Assembly: GCA_942492865.1 (NCBI GenBank)
Contig: OW818650.1
Location: 4,029,425-4,093,424 of the forward strand
Direction of reading: 5' to 3'
Length of the DNA: 64,000 nucleotides
Source of the DNA: an uncultured Bacteroidales bacterium
GTDB taxonomy: Bacteria > Bacteroidota > Bacteroidia > Bacteroidales > VadinHA17
A model generated the notes under the pieces. That model saw nothing but the letters and a program-made list of their open reading frames with translations, did not search any database and was not told where the DNA came from. A program made the position numbers and the translations under genes. This document shows positions 35,933-45,287 of the stretch, one piece after another. Every line of letters begins with the position of its first letter. The first letter of the stretch is position 1.

Positions 35933-37435
35933 ATGATTAAAAAAATATTGATTGCCAACCGGGGCGAAATTGCCATCAGGATAATGAAGACGGCAAAATT
36001 AATGAAGGTTAAGACACTGGCAATTAAAACAGCTGTAGAACCAAATGCCTTGTACCTCTCATACGCTGATGAGGTGTACGACAACAGTGAAGACATATCA
36101 GAGATACCTGTTTTCCTTGATATTGAAAAGCTTATAGCAATAGCACTTAAAACAGGATCAGATTCGGTTCATCCCGGTTATGGGTTCCTTGCCGAGAATG
36201 CCTATTTTGCCCAGAAATGCATTGACAATAAAATCAATTTCATTGGTCCTTCACCTGATGCCATCTATAAGATGGGCAACAAAACTATTGCCAGGAAGAT
36301 AGCACTGGCAAGCGGAATACCCATGGCAATGGGAAGCGAAGGTAATATCCATGATGAGGAAGAGGCTGTTGCCATGGCAAATAAAATAGGGTATCCGGTC
36401 ATCATCAAAGCTGCGTCGGGTGGCGGCGGAAGAGGAATGCGGATAGTGAGAAAGGCTGAGGAAATGGAGAAAATGTTCATTATAGCCAGCAAAGAAGCCG
36501 AGAAATCTTTTAATGACTCTTCTGTCTTTATAGAAAAATATATTGAGAATCCGAAACACATTGAATTTCAGATTATTGGAGATAAAAAAGGAAATATTAT
36601 CCATCTTGGAGAGAGAGAATGTTCGATCCAGAGGAAGCATCAGAAGCTCCTTGAAGAGGCTCCATCATCAGCTCTCGATCAGAACCTCCGGGATGAAATG
36701 GGTAAGATAGCTGTTCAGATAGCCCGGTCGGTTAATTATCATTCAGCCGGAACTGTTGAATTCCTGCTTGACTCTGAAAAGAACTTCTATTTTATGGAGA
36801 TGAATACCCGGATCCAGGTTGAGCACCCTGTAACCGAGGAGATCACAGGCATTGATCTTATAGAGCAACAGATACGCATAGCCAATGATGAAGCTCTTAA
36901 GTTTAAGCAGGAAGATATAAAGATAAAAGGCTGGGCTATTGAATGCAGGATCAATGCCGAAGATGTTCAGGCAGGATTTGCTCCCGATCCCGGTAAAATT
37001 GAGAAGCTCAGCATGCCTTCTGACAGTTATGTAAGGGTTGATACCGGAATTCAGGCCGGTTCAACAATAGTTGCCAACTACGATTCGATGATAGCCAAGC
37101 TAATTGTTAAAGGCAGGAACAGAAAAGAAGCCCTGAAAAACTGTAAGATGGCCCTCGATAAAGTCTGGATCAAAGGAACAAAAACGACTCTTCCCTTTTT
37201 CAGGATGCTGGTACGCCACCCGAAGTTCATTGATGGCACTTTCACAACATCCTTCATAGAAAAAGATCTCGAAAAATATTATTTCAACAGTGAATATGAA
37301 GAAATGCTGGCCGCCTGGCTCGCAACAAAACTGTTCGTGGAAGAAAACTTTAGTGATGCCGGCATTGCCAGCGATTCAGAGAATAAGGAAGAGATGAGTC
37401 CCTGGCTGCTGAACAAACGAATTAACCAATTCTAA
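35933..37435 (+). CDS. accC: Biotin carboxylase subunit
   Basis: KILIANRGEIAIRI, HPGYGFLAEN, GYPVIIKAASGGGGRGMR, EMNTRIQVEHPVTE. Confidence 0.9.
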   Translation: MIKKILIANRGEIAIRIMKTAKLMKVKTLAIKTAVEPNALYLSYADEVYDNSEDISEIPVFLDIEKLIAIALKTGSDSVHPGYGFLAENAYFAQKCIDNKINFIGPSPDAIYKMGNKTIARKIALASGIPMAMGSEGNIHDEEEAVAMANKIGYPVIIKAASGGGGRGMRIVRKAEEMEKMFIIASKEAEKSFNDSSVFIEKYIENPKHIEFQIIGDKKGNIIHLGERECSIQRKHQKLLEEAPSSALDQNLRDEMGKIAVQIARSVNYHSAGTVEFLLDSEKNFYFMEMNTRIQVEHPVTEEITGIDLIEQQIRIANDEALKFKQEDIKIKGWAIECRINAEDVQAGFAPDPGKIEKLSMPSDSYVRVDTGIQAGSTIVANYDSMIAKLIVKGRNRKEALKNCKMALDKVWIKGTKTTLPFFRMLVRHPKFIDGTFTTSFIEKDLEKYYFNSEYEEMLAAWLATKLFVEENFSDAGIASDSENKEEMSPWLLNKRINQF

Positions 37436-37448
37436 TCCTGCTGAAGAT

Positions 37449-37976
37449 ATGAGCGCCAAACTTAAAATAAATAAACTTCACACCCTTTCCTCGGAAAAGA
37501 AAAAATATTCTTTCTCGCTTCCTCTGAAACACACAATAAGGATTGGAAAAAGAGATTATGAAGTGAAGCTTAAAGCAGACGAAAAATTCGGGACATACAT
37601 ATTATGGAAGAACAGGAAATATCCTGTTGAAGTAATACGTTCCCGCCAGAACAGATACGAGATCCTGTTTAATGACATAAGCTACACCTTTACAGTTGAA
37701 ACACCCTTTTCACTCCAGAGAATGAAAGTACTCGATGCCAAGAGGGGTAAAATTGAGCAGGAGTTTGTAAAGGCCCCAATGCCAGGGAAAATAATTGATG
37801 TCCTGGCCAGGGAAGGATCAACAGTTACCAGGGGAGAACCTATTCTTATCCTTGAGGCAATGAAAATGCAGAACGAGCTGTTATCGCCGGTAAATGGAAA
37901 AATCACCAGGGTCCTCACCAAGGCCAACGCTATTGTGATGAAGGACGATATACTAGTCGAGATAAAAGTGGACTAA
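37449..37976 (+). CDS. Biotin carboxyl carrier protein (biotinyl domain)
   Basis: The C-terminal domain carries EAMKMQNEL (the biotinyl-lysine AMKM motif). Confidence 0.85.
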   Translation: MSAKLKINKLHTLSSEKKKYSFSLPLKHTIRIGKRDYEVKLKADEKFGTYILWKNRKYPVEVIRSRQNRYEILFNDISYTFTVETPFSLQRMKVLDAKRGKIEQEFVKAPMPGKIIDVLAREGSTVTRGEPILILEAMKMQNELLSPVNGKITRVLTKANAIVMKDDILVEIKVD

Positions 37977-37990
37977 AGCGGTGAATTATT

Positions 37991-39448
37991 TTATTTCCCG
38001 GGAATATTTTTCAGTGTTTCCAGCAGAAAATCATAGAACTTCTTAACAGAAGGAATATTCACTTTTTCATCGGGGGAATGTGGGTATTTTATTGTCGGTC
38101 CAAATGATATCATATCAAGGTTCGGGTATATCCCTCCTATTATAGCACACTCAAGTCCGGCATGTATCGCTTTTACTTCCGGACCTTCGCCGTAAAGGTT
38201 TTTATAAACTTCCTTTATAGTATTCAGTATCGGAGATTTCATATTTGGTTTCCATCCAGGATAACCTCCGCTCAGACCAGTTTCAGCGTCAATAAGATGG
38301 AATACTCCTGCTATTTTCCATGCAGTAGCTTCCTTTGCCGAATCTACTGAGCTTCTTGTCAGGTTATGGCAGGTCATAACGCCTCCCGAGCATTTTATTA
38401 TTGCCATATTATTTGAAGTTTCAACAAGCCCCTTAACAGCCTGACTCATCCTCTGAACACCATTAGGACAGGCATAGACAGCCCTTATGATCCGGAACTG
38501 GTCGTTCTTGTTCATTACTTTTTCAGGAAGCTCTGCCTTTTCACATCTGAAGATCAGACCGGGCTCTGTATCTGAAAATTCCGATCTGTACATTTTTTCA
38601 TACTCTGCCACGAACTGTTCAAATTCATCTGCTCTTTTTCCGGGTACCAGCACTACTGAGTACGATTCCCTTGGTATGGCATTCCGGAGGTCTCCCCCGC
38701 CTGCCTCAGACAACCTGATAGCAAAATCCGCTTCGGCCTGCATGAGGAACCTGAACATTAATTTATTGGAGTTGGCTCGTCCAAGAGCTATGTCAACTCC
38801 TGAATGTCCACCTTTCAGTCCCTTTATAGTTATCCTGTAAGCAGTCATATCACGAGGTGCTTTTTCTTCTGTATATTCCTTTTTTGCGCTCACATCTATG
38901 CCTCCGGCACATCCCACGCATATCTCCCCCTCAATCTCAGAATCAAGATTAATCAGAATATCACCTTTCAATAAACCTTTTTCCAGTCCGAAAACACCTG
39001 TCATACCTGTCTCTTCATCAATTGTGAATAGTCCTTCCAGTGGTCCGTGCTGAATATCCTTTGAAGCAAGAACTGCAAGGGTGGCGGCCACACCTATTCC
39101 ATTATCAGATCCCAGAGTAGTGCCATTAGCTTTTACCCAATCACCATCAATAACCGCTTCAATGGGATCTTTTTCAAAATCATGCACCTTATCATTATTC
39201 TTTTGGGGCACCATATCAAGATGAGTCTGGAAAATAACACCTTTACGGTTTTCCAAACCCCTGGTTGCAGGCTTTCTTATAATGACATTCCCCAGACTAT
39301 CGACTTTTGTCTCAAGGTTATTTTTCTGGCCGAATTCCCTTATAAATTCAACTATTCTTTCCTCCTTCTTTGATGGTCTTGGGATTTGTGTGATCTGGTA
39401 GAAATAGTTCCACAATCCTTTAGGTTCAAGATTTCGTATATCGCTCAT
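37991..39448 (-). CDS. pepD: Aminoacyl-histidine (Xaa-His) dipeptidase, M20 family
   Basis: LEPKGLWNYFYQITQIPRPSKKEE, QTHLDMV, LGSDNGIG and DEETGMTG. 485 aa. Confidence 0.85.
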   Translation of the reverse strand: MSDIRNLEPKGLWNYFYQITQIPRPSKKEERIVEFIREFGQKNNLETKVDSLGNVIIRKPATRGLENRKGVIFQTHLDMVPQKNNDKVHDFEKDPIEAVIDGDWVKANGTTLGSDNGIGVAATLAVLASKDIQHGPLEGLFTIDEETGMTGVFGLEKGLLKGDILINLDSEIEGEICVGCAGGIDVSAKKEYTEEKAPRDMTAYRITIKGLKGGHSGVDIALGRANSNKLMFRFLMQAEADFAIRLSEAGGGDLRNAIPRESYSVVLVPGKRADEFEQFVAEYEKMYRSEFSDTEPGLIFRCEKAELPEKVMNKNDQFRIIRAVYACPNGVQRMSQAVKGLVETSNNMAIIKCSGGVMTCHNLTRSSVDSAKEATAWKIAGVFHLIDAETGLSGGYPGWKPNMKSPILNTIKEVYKNLYGEGPEVKAIHAGLECAIIGGIYPNLDMISFGPTIKYPHSPDEKVNIPSVKKFYDFLLETLKNIPGK

Positions 39449-39785
39449 AATGAATTGGTTTTAAAATATTAACAATTTATAATAAAAATAAGACAATTTG
39501 ATCACAAATAAAATGACAGAAGGCATGATTAACATGGAATTAAGATTATTTAAACAAATTATGCTTCATTATATAATAACAAACAAGTAAATTTATTTGT
39601 TTTTCGACCTATAATGATTATTTTGCGCCGGCTTTTTGTTATTACTCTTTGATGGTTAATTGCAATAAAATGAATCACTTAATGTTTCATTTAAAATTTT
39701 TCGGATATGATCGTACCAGATCAGTTGCAGTCCGAAACAAATTTTTCCAATTCCCTGAATATTAACTTTAACAAATAACTGCGAA

Positions 39786-40436
39786 ATGAATATTGATAAA
39801 GTTCTGAAATTCTTCGTTCCAAAGGATCATTCATTTTTCCCGCTTTTTGAGGAAGGTGCTGCAAATCTTGTAAAAGCTGCTGAGCTCCTGTTAAAACTGC
39901 TTTCCACAAATGACATTGAAGAACAGGAAAAAATAAATAAGGAGATTAAGGATGTAGAGCATATCGGTGATATTATCACAGATAAGACATATCTTCAATT
40001 AAATAAATCCTTTATCACACCTTTCGACAGGGAAGATATTCATGAACTTACTGCTCACCTCGATGATGTTGTGGATTCAATTAACGGTGTCAGCAGAAGG
40101 ATTTGCCTGTATAAGCCAAAAAAGCTGATGCCCGTTTACAAGCAGATGGCAGATATTATTTACACCGGGGCCCTGGAGATCCAGATTGGAATAAACTCAC
40201 TGTATGATGCTGCAGCCAACAGGGAAGCAATAACCAGGTCGTGCGAAAAGGTTACAGAGATAGAACACAAGGCTGATGAGTTTTACTATTTTGCTCTCGG
40301 CGAACTGTTCGACAAGGAAAAGGATGCAGCAGAACTGATGAAGAATAATAAGATCCTCGAGATTCTTGAAAGATGTGTTGATGAGGAAGAGGATGTTACC
40401 GACACTATAAAGGCTATCCTTATCAAGATGGCATAA
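39786..40436 (+). CDS. DUF47/PhoU-like (Pit accessory, YkaA-type) protein
   Basis: FVPKDHSFFPLFEE...GDIITDKTY..L...FITPFDREDIHEL...DDV is typical of DUF47. No Pit transporter is adjacent. Confidence 0.7.
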   Translation: MNIDKVLKFFVPKDHSFFPLFEEGAANLVKAAELLLKLLSTNDIEEQEKINKEIKDVEHIGDIITDKTYLQLNKSFITPFDREDIHELTAHLDDVVDSINGVSRRICLYKPKKLMPVYKQMADIIYTGALEIQIGINSLYDAAANREAITRSCEKVTEIEHKADEFYYFALGELFDKEKDAAELMKNNKILEILERCVDEEEDVTDTIKAILIKMA

Positions 40437-40528
40437 AAACCCCGGCCACGTTAACCGGCTGGCATTAGCTGCCGGTCATTGACATAGACTTAAAGGAAAT
40501 CTTAATCGCTGGATCTGATTATTTCCCG

Positions 40529-40861
40529 CTACTTACTTTTAATCATGGTAAGCACCATCTTGAACTTCTCAGTTGCTTTAAGGGAATGCATTATTCCGGC
40601 GGGCATAATGATACTCTGGCCGCTTTCAAGGAAATGGGACTTTCCATCTATTATTACCTCAGCCTTTCCGTCGACAACATCAACCAGGGCATCATAGGGT
40701 GCAGTATGCGGACTTAATGATTCGCCCTTGTCGAATGCAAAAAGAGAGATATTTCCTGTCTCCTTTTTAAGTACATTTTTACTTACTATAGCACCTTCAC
40801 TGTACTCAACAGATCCGGCAAATCTGAAAATGGTGGCCTTTGAAAATTCTTTTGATTCCAT
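40529..40861 (-). CDS. Cupin-domain protein
   Basis: 110 aa. G.SLSPHTAPYDALVDVVDGKAEVIIDG....L..G....MPAG..H is a cupin_2 pattern. Confidence 0.65.
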   Translation of the reverse strand: MESKEFSKATIFRFAGSVEYSEGAIVSKNVLKKETGNISLFAFDKGESLSPHTAPYDALVDVVDGKAEVIIDGKSHFLESGQSIIMPAGIMHSLKATEKFKMVLTMIKSK

Positions 40862-40952
40862 TCTATATAATATATTTCCTTAATCGCAAAGATCGCTAAA
40901 AACCAAAAAAGCTGCCTCATCAGGACAGCTTCTTTTACGGGTTTTTTACGGA

Positions 40953-41267
40953 TTACTTTTGTGCACTCAAAGGGCATTGTTTTCCGCAAGCCGGTGCAGC
41001 TGCCTGCATTTTGCATCCTTCTGCTTTAGCTTTCGGACATGTAGCAGGGTCACAGCCAAGCTCTTTGCATTTTTCGGGATTGCTAACAGCACATCCGGCA
41101 GATGCCTGGGCTGCTTTTGGACAGTCAGTTGAAGCAGGGCAACACTTAGCAGTGGCTTCAGTCTGTTCCTTCTTTCCTTTAGGCGCATCCGTTTGTGCAT
41201 TCACGAACATTAAAACGACAAAAGATAGTATCACCAGTGCTGATAATCCGATTATTGCTTTTTTCAT
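40953..41267 (-). CDS. Small secreted cysteine-rich protein (10 Cys in about 80 mature residues)
   Basis: The ATG at 41267 gives MKKAIIGLSALVILSFVVLMFVNAQ (signal peptide), then ...KCCPASTDCPKAAQASAGCAVSNPEKCKELGCDPATCPKAKAEGCKMQAAAPACGKQCP. It has its own consensus promoter. Confidence 0.55.
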   Translation of the reverse strand: MKKAIIGLSALVILSFVVLMFVNAQTDAPKGKKEQTEATAKCCPASTDCPKAAQASAGCAVSNPEKCKELGCDPATCPKAKAEGCKMQAAAPACGKQCPLSAQK

Positions 41268-41298
41268 ATAGTTCACGTTTTTTACCATTAATATTGAG

Positions 41299-41328
41299 CA
41301 AATATAGCAATAGATTGAATATTGCAAA
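41299..41328 (-). promoter_or_regulatory. Consensus Bacteroidota promoter (TTTG-N18-TAtaTTTG) for the Cys-rich protein gene
   Basis: On the minus strand, TTTG is at 41328-41325 and TATATTTG at 41306-41299, about 32 nt upstream of the ATG at 41267. Confidence 0.5.
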
Positions 41329-41353
41329 ATTTTTTAAGAGGTTCCTGACTCTT

Positions 41354-43069
41354 TTATTTAGTGATATTTGGCATCTGCAACCCGTAGTTCTTTTTCCTGT
41401 CCTCGGCTTTTAACAGAAATCCGAAAAGTAGTGCAAGGAAACCAAGAGAAGTAAATATTATCATCGGAATGGTGTAATTATAGAATGAGAAGACCTTATT
41501 ATATTTTGAGACCTTCTCGCCTTCATCTGTAATAAAGGTCTCAATCTCTCCTTCATCGGTATATGAATACCTGGTTACTTTTATCTCGTTCTTTTTAAGA
41601 GCCTTGGCAAGAGATTTTTGTGTAATAAATCCCGATCCTATTGAATCACCGGCAACTGTTATTATTGCAGAAACCGACCCATCAGGGTTCTTTTGAAAGG
41701 AAGATATACTGATATCCTCATCTTTCCTGCTTATGGTTCCCACTTCTGAAATGGTATGCATGGAGCCGTCTTTAAGAGCCACAGATGAGATCTGATCTCC
41801 CTGGGTTGTCACAAAGCCTGTTCCCATAACAGCAAAATATCCAAGGAAACAATACTTATTAAGCACCCATCCTATAAGGGCAGGCACACCCATCAACCCC
41901 CAGTTCTGCACCCAGAAAACCAGTGCATAAGCTGTTCCAAGCTGGTTTTCAGGAATGATCTTTGGAACTGAGGGCCACATTGCCGAAGGAACGAGTGAAA
42001 AACCAACGCCAAGTATCATTATCAGGAAAATTGCAATAAGCCAATGATTAAGGAATGGTACAGTGAATGCCAGGTGAACAATAATCAGCAGGATAGCGCC
42101 AATGATCATAATTGATGCCCCTTTTCCCTTCCTGTCGTACATATTTCCGAAGAATGGGGTCAGCAGTATTGCTCCGAACGGTAACATGGCAGGTATAACG
42201 CCTGCCCAATCCTCGTTGATATGAAATTTCTGGACCATAAGGTCAGTAGCATATTTAAGAAACGGAAACACTGCCGAATAAAACAATACACAGAGAATGG
42301 CAAGATACCACCAGCCCTTATTAGTAATTATTTTAAAAATATCAGAGATCCGGAATGCTTCTTCATCAGTAAAATCAGCCGGTTTTTCTACTAGTGCAAG
42401 AGAGGCATCAAGTTTTTTATCCATGAAAGTATAGATAAAGAAAGCAATAAGCCCGATGCAAAGCATTATAAGGCAAACAAGAACGGGAGCTGAAACGGTA
42501 TTGAACGCTTTTGCAACAGGGACAGATGTTGAAAGGGCAAGTGCAGTGCCAAGCCGGGCAGTTGCCATCTCCAGACCCATTGCCAGGGCGAGCTCTTTAC
42601 CTTTAAACCATTTAACAATTATTTTTGAAACAGTTATCCCTGCAATCTCCACTCCCACCCCGAAAATTGCAAAACCAAGCGCAGCCATAAAGACCTGCGC
42701 TTTTGTATCCCAGAACAAAATATGCCATGTTTGTCCATCAAGTGAATGCGTTGATATTGCCCAGTATTTCAATGCTGTTCCGACAACCATAATCATTGCA
42801 GCCATAAGTCCTGTGAACCTGACACCCATCTTATCGAGGATTATCCCCCCGATTATAAGCATGAGGAGGAACACGTTAAACCAACCATAAGCGCTGGTAA
42901 AAAATCCGAATTCGGAACTGTCCCAGAACAATTGTCCTTCAAGTAATCCTTTTAACGGAGCCATCACATCGGTGAGGTAATACCCGCATAGCATTGTAAA
43001 CGAGACTACTGCAAGAGCTACCCAGCGGGCAGTTTTTGAATCGCGTAAGGTCCGGGTGATGGTTTCCAT
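41354..43069 (-). CDS. MFS transporter with an approximately 120-aa soluble insert before the last TM helix
   Basis: 571 aa with typical MFS helices. Residues about 408-529 are hydrophilic (TTQGDQISSVALKDGSMHTISEVGTISRKDEDISISSFQKNPDGS...) and are followed by a final TM helix. Confidence 0.7.
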   Translation of the reverse strand: METITRTLRDSKTARWVALAVVSFTMLCGYYLTDVMAPLKGLLEGQLFWDSSEFGFFTSAYGWFNVFLLMLIIGGIILDKMGVRFTGLMAAMIMVVGTALKYWAISTHSLDGQTWHILFWDTKAQVFMAALGFAIFGVGVEIAGITVSKIIVKWFKGKELALAMGLEMATARLGTALALSTSVPVAKAFNTVSAPVLVCLIMLCIGLIAFFIYTFMDKKLDASLALVEKPADFTDEEAFRISDIFKIITNKGWWYLAILCVLFYSAVFPFLKYATDLMVQKFHINEDWAGVIPAMLPFGAILLTPFFGNMYDRKGKGASIMIIGAILLIIVHLAFTVPFLNHWLIAIFLIMILGVGFSLVPSAMWPSVPKIIPENQLGTAYALVFWVQNWGLMGVPALIGWVLNKYCFLGYFAVMGTGFVTTQGDQISSVALKDGSMHTISEVGTISRKDEDISISSFQKNPDGSVSAIITVAGDSIGSGFITQKSLAKALKKNEIKVTRYSYTDEGEIETFITDEGEKVSKYNKVFSFYNYTIPMIIFTSLGFLALLFGFLLKAEDRKKNYGLQMPNITK

Positions 43070-43242
43070 AGTTTTCAGGTTTTTAGAGAGATATAAAAGT
43101 AGAAAAATATTAACTATGAATTCCTTAACAGATCACTATTTTAAACTCTTAATTGATACTATGATATAAAGCAGTGATTTTAAATATAAACTTATTTTCA
43201 ATTAATTTGCATGATATTTGAAAAGACAATCAAAAAGAACAA

Positions 43243-43782
43243 ATGAAAAAAGTATTATTACCCTTCCTGCTGATTTTTACAATTTCAGCCATAGCTCAGG
43301 AGAAGTCAACTACCGGGGGTATAAAATGGTATACCATACAGGAGGCAGAAAAATTAGTTAAACAGTCGCCAAGGCCGATGTTCATTGATACATATACCGA
43401 CTGGTGCGGCTGGTGCAAGAAGATGGATAAGGACACTTTCACCAACCCTGTAATTGCAGATATACTGAATAAAAAATTCTATCCTGTTAAATTTGATGCC
43501 GAACAAAGCGGCGAAGTAACCTTCTTAGGACAGAAATTCATTAACGATGGAAAAGCCGGAAAAGCTCATCAGCTTGCTGTAGCCCTTTTACAGGGACAAC
43601 TTTCATACCCTACCGTAGTTTTCCTTACCCAGAAGGATGGAAAAATGGAAGTCAGCCCGGTACCCGGTTACAGAGCTCCAAAGGACATGGAGCTTCTTCT
43701 TAGTTTCTTTGCTGATAATGTTTATGCCAGCCAGAGCTGGGAGGAGTTTCAGAAGAAGTTTGTCGGAAAGGTAAAGGAATAG
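43243..43782 (+). CDS. Secreted thioredoxin-fold protein (DUF255/thioredoxin_7-like)
   Basis: Signal peptide and a DWCGWCKKMD (CxxC) motif. Confidence 0.7.
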   Translation: MKKVLLPFLLIFTISAIAQEKSTTGGIKWYTIQEAEKLVKQSPRPMFIDTYTDWCGWCKKMDKDTFTNPVIADILNKKFYPVKFDAEQSGEVTFLGQKFINDGKAGKAHQLAVALLQGQLSYPTVVFLTQKDGKMEVSPVPGYRAPKDMELLLSFFADNVYASQSWEEFQKKFVGKVKE

Positions 43783-43800
43783 ATGCATTGATACTGAAAA

Positions 43801-44020
43801 ATGAGATTAGGTGATTCCTCATCATGCATGTGGTCTAAGACAATTTCTGCAAGGTCTGTGAGATTCCGCATCCCGCTGGTGTAATACAATTATCTTTAAC
43901 AAAGTGACTACACTCAATGAGATTCCTCATCCTGCTGGTGTAATACAATTATCTTTAACAATGTGACTGCAAGGTCAATGAGATTCCTCATCCTGCTTAG
44001 GCAGGATTCGGAATGACAAT
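43801..44020. repeat. About 60-bp tandem repeat, roughly 3.5 copies
   Basis: The unit is ATGAGATTCCTCATCCTGCTGGTGTAATACAATTATCTTTAACAA(A/T)GTGACT.... Copies begin at 43857 and 43917. A truncated copy at 43978 ends in the hairpin ATCCTGC-ttag-GCAGGAT. A degenerate copy begins at 43801. Confidence 0.85.
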
Positions 44021-44115
44021 AGCTTTTATGGTTTAAGGGGAATGAAGCTGTACTATATCACGCAAAGGATCCTTTCCGGAGTGGACCCGATTTTGAAAGG
44101 AGACAATCGTATAAT

Positions 44116-45240
44116 TTACTTTCCGATTATATAATTAGCCGGCAATTGTATCACTGTACCGAACTGATAGATCAGCCTTCTGGAATTATATAATGACTCT
44201 GAGCCATAATTGATCCTGACGTTTACAACATCGGGAACCCGGTAGTACAATTTATCAAATTCAGGTGAAGCTTCCCCTGAAACATTCGTAACTGCTTTAT
44301 TCACAATGGTAAGGTCCCTGGTTTTTTGTTCAGGAATAAGCTCAACATTAACGGGTACACCACCTGACTGTTTCCCGGTAAGCGGTCCGCTTTCCTCCGA
44401 AAACCTGAATAATTCAACCGGGTTTCCGATCATCTCTTTTTTTGGTACCAGCTGAAAAGTGATACTCCTGCGTTCTTTCCAGCTCTTTCCTGCAAACAGC
44501 TCAATATATTCCTTTTCCAGACGATTGATCTCATTAAGTGCAGCTTCATTCTGAGGGAAAACATTCGATTCACCTGTCAGTATCAGGATCTTTCCTTCCC
44601 TAAGCTCCATTAATCGTGTTGCGGCCCTTTCTGCAAGCTGGTCGGTTGAAAGCCTCTTTTTCTTTTCCACCAGATATGGTATCCTAACGAATGTAGAGTC
44701 AAGGTTAACATTCCGGTATGCGGTATCTCTCTGGATCCTGAAATACTCGTTTGATCCAAGGTCAAAGGTCCTGAAATCCGTTACATCATTGTCACTCTGA
44801 GTCACCTGTCCCCTTCCGGCGAAAAGAGAAGAGTTAAGATCAAGTATCAGGCCTTCTTTTTTAAGTTCAAGAACATTGGTTTCAAACAAAGTATTACTCT
44901 CAATTACATAATATTCAGACGGATCTGCCTCCTCATGAGAATTGAGGTGCATGCCTTTGACTGACCAGTATTCACGCTCGTTCGTAATCACGTTGTTAAG
45001 CCCTAAAAGCTCTGCGGCATACCGCGAATATGGTCCGGGAACCTCTATTAATCTCTCCAGATCGACCCTGAAAGTAAGAACCGTCATCGGAAGACTATAT
45101 ACAAGGCTTCCGTCCTTTATGCCCGATACTTCATTAAGTGGGCTTACTCTTGTTACTGACGTAATTTTTTTCTCAGTGAAGCATGAAACAGCCACTGTAA
45201 AGATAATGAGCAGTATGAATATTTTCGATAACTTTTTCAT
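44116..45240 (-). CDS. Lipoprotein of unknown function
   Basis: The ATG at 45240 gives MKKLSKIFILLIIFTVAVSC (lipobox). The start listed in the ORF track, at 45258, is a TTG. Confidence 0.5.
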   Translation of the reverse strand: MKKLSKIFILLIIFTVAVSCFTEKKITSVTRVSPLNEVSGIKDGSLVYSLPMTVLTFRVDLERLIEVPGPYSRYAAELLGLNNVITNEREYWSVKGMHLNSHEEADPSEYYVIESNTLFETNVLELKKEGLILDLNSSLFAGRGQVTQSDNDVTDFRTFDLGSNEYFRIQRDTAYRNVNLDSTFVRIPYLVEKKKRLSTDQLAERAATRLMELREGKILILTGESNVFPQNEAALNEINRLEKEYIELFAGKSWKERRSITFQLVPKKEMIGNPVELFRFSEESGPLTGKQSGGVPVNVELIPEQKTRDLTIVNKAVTNVSGEASPEFDKLYYRVPDVVNVRINYGSESLYNSRRLIYQFGTVIQLPANYIIGK

Positions 45241-45287
45241 AAAAAAAAAATTAAACAATTATTACCCGGAAGCCGCAAAGATAACAA

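Noticed and set aside
34350-37976. The carboxyltransferase / biotin carboxylase / BCCP operon as something unusual
   Set aside because: This is the standard three-gene acyl-CoA carboxylase arrangement seen in Bacteroidota. All motifs are intact and nothing is anomalous.
40786-41271. Overlapping ORFs 40786-41016, 40967-41200 (minus) and 41011-41271 (plus) around the Cys-rich gene
   Set aside because: They are alternative frames of the same GC-rich, Ala/Cys-codon-rich stretch. Only the frame with a signal peptide and a consensus promoter (40953-41267) is plausible.
43801-44020. Possible CRISPR array (regularly spaced repeats of ATGAGATTCCTCATCCTGCT)
   Set aside because: The sequence between the 20-mers is itself repeated (GGTGTAATACAATTATCTTTAACAA..), so there are no unique spacers. 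There are only about 3 units and no cas genes in the window. It is a plain tandem repeat.
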